Assembly: GCA_963776345.1 (NCBI GenBank)
Contig: CAVZMH010000022.1
Coordinates: forward strand, 256,001-320,000
DNA length: 64,000 nt
Direction of reading: 5' to 3'
Source of the DNA: an uncultured delta proteobacterium
GTDB lineage: Bacteria; Myxococcota; Myxococcia; Myxococcales; Myxococcaceae
A program made the position numbers and the translations under genes. This document shows, one piece after another, positions 27,673 through 34,462 of the stretch. Position 1 is the first letter of the stretch; every line of letters begins with the position of its first letter. The notes under the pieces were generated by a model. That model ran no database searches. It was not told where the DNA came from and was given only the letters and a program-made list of their open reading frames with translations.

Positions 27673-28404
27673 TCAGAAGGCGTACCCGAGCCCGCCGAGC
27701 ACCGCCTGCTCTCCGAGGAAGCCGACCTCGACGAAGGCCTCGAGGTGCGCGGGGAGGCTGAAGCTCGAGCCGGCGCTGAGCCGGTAGTGGTAGACGTCGC
27801 TGCCGGTGAACGACTGGCCACCCGGCGCGAACCAGACCGGCCCTCCGAAGAAGGCCACCCCGACGTAGGGCAGCCAGACGTCGAACAGCCGCTTGCCGAG
27901 GATGGCGGACGCCCGGATGTCCGAGGCGGTGAACGTCGGCCGGTCCGCCGGGTCCGACCTCGACTGCGTGCCTGCAACGGCGATGCTCACCGCCGCGCTG
28001 ACCGCGAGGTACGGCCGGGGGCCGGTCCCGTCGAGGAAGGTGTACCCGACCGAGGCGCTGGCGATGACTCCCGGCTTCAGGTCGTAGTTGCCGAGCGGCC
28101 CCTCCAGGCTCCCGGCGACGATCGCCCCGAGCGAGACCTGGAAGGAGAGCGCGGAGGGCCGGTAGGTGAACGCCACTGCCGCGCTGGCCTGTTCCAGCCG
28201 CTGGCGGTTTCCGTCGAATGTGAGATCGGTGCGCAGGCCGCCGCCGGTGAGCGCGAGCTGGAACCGCCGCTCCTCGTCGAGCGCCGCGCCGCAGGTGCCC
28301 GTGAGACCCACGGGCGGCGCCACGCCTCAGGCCCGTGCGGGCGGCGGACGCCAGAGCAGGGCGAGGACACAGCCGGAGGCGACGACTCGGAGTGCTCGAT
28401 GCAT
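27673..28404 (-). CDS. Putative selenoprotein: signal peptide, Sec26 (in-frame TGA), outer-membrane beta-barrel-like domain
   Basis: ATG 28404 reads MHRALRVVASGCVLALLWRPPPARA, then TGA (28327-28329), then GVAPPVGLTGTC in the same frame as ORF 27673..28323. SECIS-like hairpin follows. Alternating amphipathic strands and C-terminal GLGYAF. Confidence 0.72.
28297..28315 (-). promoter_or_regulatory. Putative bacterial SECIS element
   Basis: GCCCGUG-GGUCU-CACGGGC: perfect 7-bp stem with a GGUCU loop, starting 11 nt after the in-frame UGA, as in E. coli fdhF. Confidence 0.68.
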
Positions 28405-28488
28405 CGACGGGTCGGACCTAGTCCCTCCGGGATGGATGCGCCAGCGCCGCCTCAACCTGTGGGTCGCTCCGGTGTTCCTCGCCCCGAC

Positions 28489-29010
28489 GTGCGCTTCGCC
28501 CTCCTCATCGCAGCCATCGCGATCGCCTGTGCCTCGGCGCCGACGACCGCACCGCGCGCCGTCGCCCAGCCTGCCGACCTGCCTCGATCGTCCATCGCCG
28601 CGGTCCTCCTCCACCGCGAGGAGCTGCGCTTGACCGCGACGCAGGTGGATGCGCTCGGGCGGCGCGACGAGGAGCTCCAGCGCGAGGACGCAGCCCTCCG
28701 GGCGCGACTCGCCGCGGGCTCCGAGGTGCCGGCGGCGGCTCCGCAGGCGTCGATGACGGGCGCGGGCCGGGGTGGCCGTCACGGCGGGCGGCGCCCGTCC
28801 ACCCAGGCGCATGCCCCGGATCTCCTCACCCGACTCGACGACGACGACACCCGGGCGTACCTCGAGGTGGAGGCGCAGGTGCTCACCGAGCAGCAGCGGC
28901 CCCGGGCGCAGCAGATCGCCTCGCAGTACCGCGAGGCCCTCTACGACCGGCAGCATCCATCCCGCACCCCAAGGGAAGGTGCGGCGGACGCGGGCTGGCC
29001 CGGGGGATGA
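28489..29010 (+). CDS. Lipoprotein with LTxxQ motifs (Spy/CpxP/ZraP-like helical periplasmic protein)
   Basis: GTG start, hydrophobic stretch ending AIAC, LRLTATQ and VLTEQQ motifs, helical composition; alternative ATG at 28432. Confidence 0.7.
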   Translation: MRFALLIAAIAIACASAPTTAPRAVAQPADLPRSSIAAVLLHREELRLTATQVDALGRRDEELQREDAALRARLAAGSEVPAAAPQASMTGAGRGGRHGGRRPSTQAHAPDLLTRLDDDDTRAYLEVEAQVLTEQQRPRAQQIASQYREALYDRQHPSRTPREGAADAGWPGG

Positions 29011-29321
29011 CCTCGGACGGCAGGAGCCACGCGATTGCGCCGGGCCCACTCCGGTCGAGGCGCGTTAACCGCTGGCCGGCGCAGGTGTTTGCCCGCGTGC
29101 AGACGGCCGGAAAGCATTCCCGGTCACGACGCCCGCCACGGTGCCATCGCCCCCCCACCGCGCGCGGGCGTTTCTTTGCCTCGACCCGGCGGCGGACCCT
29201 CGCTCGCCTCCCGGAAACGAACCCGCCTCCGGAGCTCAGCGCTTCTTGCTCGTCGCCGCGCACGCCGCGAGAGCTTCCAGCGCCTGCGTCCGAACGGGAT
29301 GGCGTAGCATCGCCGGCCCCA

Positions 29322-29684
29322 GTGCAGACCGCCCTCCTCGTCCTCCTCGCCGGGCTGATGATCTCCGCGGGCGTCATGCACTTCGTGACCCCCGGGGTCT
29401 TCATCCGCATCGTCCCCCGCTGGCTCCCGGCCCCGGCCGCCCTGGTGGCCATCAGCGGCGCCTGCGAGCTCCTCGGCGGCGTGGGGCTCCTGGTCCCCGG
29501 GACGCGGCGCTGGGCGGCCTGGGGACTGGTCGCGCTCCTGATCGCGGTGTTCCCGGCCAACGTGAACATGGCCCTCAACCGCCTCTCCTTCGGGCGGCAC
29601 CCGGTCCCGACCTGGATGCTCTGGGCACGGCTTCCGCTCCAGGCGGTGCTGGTCGCCTGGGCCTGGAGCTTCACCCGGCCCTGA
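29322..29684 (+). CDS. DoxX-like membrane protein
   Basis: AGVMHF..P.F.RIVP, SGACELLGG, LIAVFPANVNMA, RLPLQ. Confidence 0.88.
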   Translation: MQTALLVLLAGLMISAGVMHFVTPGVFIRIVPRWLPAPAALVAISGACELLGGVGLLVPGTRRWAAWGLVALLIAVFPANVNMALNRLSFGRHPVPTWMLWARLPLQAVLVAWAWSFTRP

Positions 29685-29739
29685 CCCCAGCCTTAGCTGG
29701 TCATCGGCTTCGCCGCGGGGCTCTCGGTGCGCCGGGCGG

Positions 29740-29908
29740 ATCCGACATCTCCGACCTCTTCCGGAACCCGCGAGTCCGGCCCGAGCAGAGGGCGCTCTGG
29801 GCCGTGGTGCTCTTCCTCGGCAACATCATCGCGATGCCGGTCTACTGGTCCCTCTACATCTGGAGAGAGCCCGCGCCCGGGCTCCCCTCCCGCGACGCCG
29901 AGCGCTGA
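29740..29908 (+). pseudogene. PLDc_N-like small membrane domain remnant
   Basis: Reads SDISDLFRNPRVRPEQRALWAVVLFLGNIIAMPVYWSLYIWREP with no obvious start for the first helix. Confidence 0.5.
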
Positions 29909-29950
29909 GCGCGGCTGAGTGGCCTCTTCCTCACCGCGGAGGGTGATCTG

Positions 29951-30085
29951 ATGACCCTCCGGATCCACCGCGTCTCCGAGCTGCGTGACCTGCTCAGGAA
30001 GGGGCCCGGGCACCAGCTCTCGGTCTCCGTCGAGCAGGACGGGCGCCAGGCGACCTTCCGCATCAAGATCCGTCCGCTGCTGTAG
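29951..30085 (+). CDS. 44-aa ORF resembling the C-terminal half of a PDZ domain (small protein or remnant)
   Basis: GGAGG upstream of ATG; MTLRIHRVSELRDLLRKGPGHQLSVSVEQDGRQATFRIKIRPLL*. Confidence 0.4.
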   Translation: MTLRIHRVSELRDLLRKGPGHQLSVSVEQDGRQATFRIKIRPLL

Positions 30086-30089
30086 AGCG

Positions 30090-31157
30090 TCAGGGCACCA
30101 TTGAGAGGAAGAGAAAGGCGGCGAACACCACCAGCTGCACCGCTCCCTGCATGATGCTTGTGCGCCCCGGGCCGAGCGTGACCGCGCCGACGATGAAGGT
30201 CAGGCCGAGCAGGACCAGGTCCTTCGGCTGGAGGCCCAGGACGACCGGGAGGTGGAACAGTTGCGAGGTGGCGACCACCGCGGGGATGGTGAGGCCGATG
30301 GTGGCCAGCGCCGAGCCGAGGGCGAGATTCATGCTGGTCTGGAGGCGGTCGGCCCGGGCGGCGCGGACCGCGGCCACCGTCTCGGGGAGCAGCACCAGCA
30401 GGGCGATGGCGATGCCGATGACCGCATCCGGGGCCCCCGCGGCGCGGACCAGCGCCTCGATGCGCGGCGAGAGCACCTTCGCCAGGCCCACCACGCCGAC
30501 CAGCGACACCAGCAGCAGCCCGAGACTGGTCCACGCCGCCAGCGCCGTGGGGGGCGGAAGGTGGACGTCGTCGCCCGCGGCCGCGCTGGTCGGGAGGAAG
30601 TAGTCGCGGTGCCTGACGGTCTGCACGAAGACGAAGACGCCCCATAGGACAAGCGAGGCGAGCCCGGCGAAGAGCAGCTGCGCGGGGGTGTAGGCCGGGC
30701 CAGGCGCGCTGGTGGTGAAGCCGGGGAGCACCAGCGCCAGGGTGGAGAGCGCCACCAGCGCGGCGAAGGCGGGCCCGGCGCCCTCGATGCGGAACGACTG
30801 CTCGCGGTGGCGAATGCCCCCGATGAGGATGCACAGGCCGATGACCCCGTTGCAGATGATCATCACCGCCGCGTAGATGGTGTCGCGGGCCAGGGCGGCC
30901 TTGGCCGGTCCGCCGGCGAGCATCATCGAGACGATGAGCGAGGTCTCGATGACCGTCACCGCCAGGGCGAGGATCAGCGTCCCGAGCGGCTCGCCGACCT
31001 TGTGCGCCACCACCTCGGCGTGGTGGACGGCGGCGAGCACCGCGCCCACCAGCGCCAGGCCGCACACCGCGGCGAGCACTCCTCCAGGAGGAAACGCCGT
31101 GGCGACCCCGAGCAGGGCGGCGGCGAGCAGCGGGGCGATGGTCGACCAGTGCTTCAT
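30090..31157 (-). CDS. chaA: Ca2+/H+ antiporter (ChaA family)
   Basis: AVHHAEVVAHKVGEPLGTLILALAVTVIE, LARDT, VLLPE, NLALGSALATIGLTIPAV. Confidence 0.88.
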   Translation of the reverse strand: MKHWSTIAPLLAAALLGVATAFPPGGVLAAVCGLALVGAVLAAVHHAEVVAHKVGEPLGTLILALAVTVIETSLIVSMMLAGGPAKAALARDTIYAAVMIICNGVIGLCILIGGIRHREQSFRIEGAGPAFAALVALSTLALVLPGFTTSAPGPAYTPAQLLFAGLASLVLWGVFVFVQTVRHRDYFLPTSAAAGDDVHLPPPTALAAWTSLGLLLVSLVGVVGLAKVLSPRIEALVRAAGAPDAVIGIAIALLVLLPETVAAVRAARADRLQTSMNLALGSALATIGLTIPAVVATSQLFHLPVVLGLQPKDLVLLGLTFIVGAVTLGPGRTSIMQGAVQLVVFAAFLFLSMVP

Positions 31158-31235
31158 CGGGCTCCCGAGGAAAGCGGCGTCGGAGGGCCCGCCAAGCTAC
31201 CTCAGCTCACGGCCCGATCGTGCTCCCCGTGAGCG

Positions 31236-31913
31236 CTAGCGCCCGCAGACGAAGGCGCTCAGCGTGCTGCTCGCGTTCGCGGGGAGCGCCGTCCGCGCCA
31301 CGTTCAGCACCATGGCCAGGAAGGTGTAGTAACCGCAGACGCCCACCAGGTCGATGACCCCCTGCTCGCCGAAGCGGCGCACCGCGGCCGCGTAGGTCGG
31401 GTCCGAGACGGCCTGGTTGTGCAGGAGCTCGTGCGCGAAATCGAGCACCAGCTGCTCGTCCGCGTCCAGCTTCGCCGGGCGGCGGCCCTCGGCGACGGCG
31501 GCGGCGACCTCGGGCGAGAGCCCCGCCTTCAGCGCGATGGGCTGGTGCACCGCCCACTCGTAGCGCTGCGTCCAGTGCCGGGCGGTGAGCAGGATGGCGA
31601 GCTCGTTCAGCTTCGGTGGGAGGGTGCTCTGGTAGCGCAGGTAGTCCCCCATGGCCTTCGCCCGCAGCATCACCTCGGGGCTGCGCAGCAGGGGGACGAA
31701 GGGGCCGAACACGGGGACGTTGCGCCCGGCGAGGAACTCGGCCGAGGCCTTCTTCTGTGCCTCCGTGTGCCGGGCGGCGGGAATCTCCGGCATCCGGTCG
31801 GGGCATGCCTCCGACGGCGGAGCTGCGGTCCCTCCGTCCTTTCCCGCGGCCTCCACTCGGGCGGCGGCGAGTGCGACTCCGGTTCCCAGCAGCGCTCTTC
31901 TCGACAGCGACAT
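31236..31913 (-). CDS. Carboxymuconolactone decarboxylase (AhpD-like) family protein with Tat-like signal
   Basis: MSLSRRALLG twin-arginine signal; GPF.PLLRSP, ELAIL..AR.W...YEW..H. Confidence 0.85.
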   Translation of the reverse strand: MSLSRRALLGTGVALAAARVEAAGKDGGTAAPPSEACPDRMPEIPAARHTEAQKKASAEFLAGRNVPVFGPFVPLLRSPEVMLRAKAMGDYLRYQSTLPPKLNELAILLTARHWTQRYEWAVHQPIALKAGLSPEVAAAVAEGRRPAKLDADEQLVLDFAHELLHNQAVSDPTYAAAVRRFGEQGVIDLVGVCGYYTFLAMVLNVARTALPANASSTLSAFVCGR

Positions 31914-32091
31914 GGGCAGTCCCTCCGTGGGCTGGACGTCGGAGGTCCGGACCCTACCGTCCCGGAGGCCCACGGGCCGGTCGCCATCGAGTGGCGGCTG
32001 GAGCGCGGCTGCTCGGCGGCCTGGCGCTGCGCGGCGAGGGACGACGTCGCCTCGGCGCGGCGACATCAGCCCCTCGCGGCGCGCTCGGTCT

Positions 32092-32670
32092 CTACTTCTC
32101 GCCCTTGCTCCAGGGCGGCACGACGCCGTTGGACCGGGCGTAGGCGATCGACTGGCCGAGGTGCTCCTGGTAGTGCCCGAGCGCGATCAGCACCAGCGCG
32201 CGCTTGCTGAAGTCGCGCCCGAAAAAGTTCACCGTCTTGCCCAGCTCGGCATCCGGCATCTGCTTCACCTGGTTGCCGAACCAGATGAAGGAGTCGGTGA
32301 GCAGCTTCTGGATCTTTGCCTTGTCGGTGGTCTGCTTGTCGAAGGTCTTCATCTGCGCCGCGACCTCCGCGGGGATCTCGAAGCCCATCTGCTTGCCGAA
32401 GAAGTAGCTCGAGCCGGCAGCGTGCAGGTACACCTCGGCCACCGAGCGCACGCCCTTTGCAGGGCGCCAGTTGAACTTGCCCTGCGGCATGGCCTGCTCG
32501 AGCGAGACCATCTGCTCCTGCACGTGTGCGAGGACCCCGGCCACGTCGGACTGGAAGGTCGACGCCGGCGCCGCCGCAGGCGCCGGAGCGGCCGGGGCCG
32601 CACCCTGGGCGAAGGCGGGAAGCGATAGGGCGAGACAGGAGGTCAGGAGCAACTTGCGCGTCAATGGCAT
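32092..32670 (-). CDS. Secreted DinB family protein
   Basis: Signal peptide ending AFA; AMP.GKFNWRP..GVRSVAEVYLH, H..EHLGQSIAYARSNGVVPPW. Confidence 0.88.
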   Translation of the reverse strand: MPLTRKLLLTSCLALSLPAFAQGAAPAAPAPAAAPASTFQSDVAGVLAHVQEQMVSLEQAMPQGKFNWRPAKGVRSVAEVYLHAAGSSYFFGKQMGFEIPAEVAAQMKTFDKQTTDKAKIQKLLTDSFIWFGNQVKQMPDAELGKTVNFFGRDFSKRALVLIALGHYQEHLGQSIAYARSNGVVPPWSKGEK

Positions 32671-32684
32671 GTGGGCTCTCCGGT

Positions 32685-34346
32685 TCAGACCGGCGTGGGG
32701 CGGGACCAGACGCGCTGCAGCAGGGGGGCGAGCCCCACCACCACGGCGCATCCGAGCACGTTGTACCAGAGGTACCCCATGCTGCCGAACGTTGCTGCAG
32801 CCAGCACCGCGATCTCCCCTGCCACCGTCGCCCAGAACGCCGCGCGGCCCCCCACCCGCGCGAGGAAGAAGCCCACCAGGAACACGCCGAGCATGGGGCC
32901 GTAGAAGAGCGAGCCCAGGACGTTGACCGCCTGGATGAGGTTGTCGAGCAGCGAGGCGAAGGTGGCGAACCCCACCGCCACCACGCCCCAGGCCGCGGTC
33001 GACCAGCGCGCCACCGCCAGCGTCGTCGCATCCGGCGCATCGGGGTGGCGCGGACGGTAGAAGTCCACCACCGTCGTGGCGCCGAGCGACGAGAGCGCCG
33101 CCGAGTTGGCGGACATCGCCGCCGAGAGGATGACCGCCACCAGGAGCCCGATCAGCCCGCGCGGGAAGTGGTCCAGCACGAAGCGAAGGAAGATGAAGTC
33201 CGCGTCCTTCGGGTCGGCGCCGGGGTGGGCCCGCGCCACCAGCGCCCCGGTCTCCTTCCGCAGCGCCTGGACCCGGTCCTCGGCAGCCCGCAGCGCGTCG
33301 GTGTTCCCTCCGCCGGCGAGCCAGGTGTCGATGGCCCCGCGCTTCTCGGCGAAGAGCCGGGCCTGCGTCGCCTCGAGCCGGACCACCTCCGCCGGATGCG
33401 TCGCCCGCACCCGCTCAAGCTCCGCCCGGTTGAAGAACAGCGGTGGGGGGGTGAGCTGGTAGACGACGAAGACCATCACCCCGATGAAGAGGATGAAGAG
33501 CTGCATCGGCACCTTGAGCAGCCCGTTCATCAAAAGGCCCCGCCGGCTCTCGGCCAGCGGACCTCCGGCGAGGTAGCGCTGAACCTGGGACTGGTCGGTG
33601 CCGAAGTAGGCCAGCTGCACGAACAGCCCGCCCAGCAGGCCGGACCAGAGCGTGTAGCGCGTGTCCAGGCGCAGGGAGGTGTCGACCCCCTGGAGCTTGC
33701 CGAGCACGCCGGCCAGCGCGACGCCTTGCCCGAACGAGACCCCCGGCGGCAGCCGGGTGATGGCCACCCAGAGCGCCACCACCAGGCCGATCAGGATGAC
33801 CGCCATCTGCGCGGTCTGGGTCCGGCTCACCGCGCGGCTCCCGCCTGCGACGGTATAAGCAATCGTCACGGCGCCGAGGACCAGGTTGGTGCGGAGGACG
33901 GGCCAGCCCAGCACCGCCGAGAGCACCAGGGCCGGCGCGTAGATGGCCAGCCCCGAGGCCATCCCGCGCGACACCAGGAAGAGCAGGGCGGTGAACTGCC
34001 GCGTCCGCCGGTCGAAGCGTTGCTCGAGGTACTGGTAGGCGGTGTAGACCGAGAGCCGGTGGTAGACCGGCAGGATGATCGCCGAGAGCAGCACCATGGC
34101 AATCGGTAGCCCGAAGTAGAACTGCACGAACCCCAGTCCGTCCTGGTACGCCTGCCCCGGCACCGAGAGGAAGGTGATGGCGCTGGCCTGGGTGGCGATG
34201 ACCGACAGGCCGATGGTCCACCAGCGGATGTCCTTCCCCGCCCTCAGGAAGGAATCGGTGGTGTGCACCCCCCGGCTGCGCCAGGCGCCGAAGGCGACGA
34301 TGCCCAGGAGGGTGAGGACCAGCACCGTCCAGTCGAGCGCGCTCAC
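32685..34346 (-). CDS. Sodium:solute symporter (SSS family)
   Basis: ATQASAITFLS.PG, AYQYLEQRFD, YFGTDQSQVQRYL, GLLVA.I.SAAMS; GTG start at 34346. Confidence 0.93.
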   Translation of the reverse strand: MSALDWTVLVLTLLGIVAFGAWRSRGVHTTDSFLRAGKDIRWWTIGLSVIATQASAITFLSVPGQAYQDGLGFVQFYFGLPIAMVLLSAIILPVYHRLSVYTAYQYLEQRFDRRTRQFTALLFLVSRGMASGLAIYAPALVLSAVLGWPVLRTNLVLGAVTIAYTVAGGSRAVSRTQTAQMAVILIGLVVALWVAITRLPPGVSFGQGVALAGVLGKLQGVDTSLRLDTRYTLWSGLLGGLFVQLAYFGTDQSQVQRYLAGGPLAESRRGLLMNGLLKVPMQLFILFIGVMVFVVYQLTPPPLFFNRAELERVRATHPAEVVRLEATQARLFAEKRGAIDTWLAGGGNTDALRAAEDRVQALRKETGALVARAHPGADPKDADFIFLRFVLDHFPRGLIGLLVAVILSAAMSANSAALSSLGATTVVDFYRPRHPDAPDATTLAVARWSTAAWGVVAVGFATFASLLDNLIQAVNVLGSLFYGPMLGVFLVGFFLARVGGRAAFWATVAGEIAVLAAATFGSMGYLWYNVLGCAVVVGLAPLLQRVWSRPTPV

Positions 34347-34462
34347 GGGAAGGCCCGGGCCAGCACCCACAGGCCGGCGATCTCCAGCGCGAGCACCACC
34401 AGGATCAGCGCGTAGAGCCGGCTCCAGCGCTCGGCCGGCTCCTCAGCCTCCTGCTCAGCCAC
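34343..34462 (-). CDS. 39-aa single-pass membrane protein (probable SSS accessory subunit)
   Basis: GTG start: MAEQEAEEPAERWSRLYALILVVLALEIAGLWVLARAFP*. Overlaps both neighbouring genes (translational coupling). Not in the ORF track. Confidence 0.75.
   Translation of the reverse strand: MAEQEAEEPAERWSRLYALILVVLALEIAGLWVLARAFP

Noticed and set aside
27673..28323. ORF-track call of a 216-aa protein starting at GTG 28323
   Set aside because: It would be a beta-barrel with no signal peptide. An in-frame signal peptide lies just upstream across one TGA, so the longer read-through model fits better.
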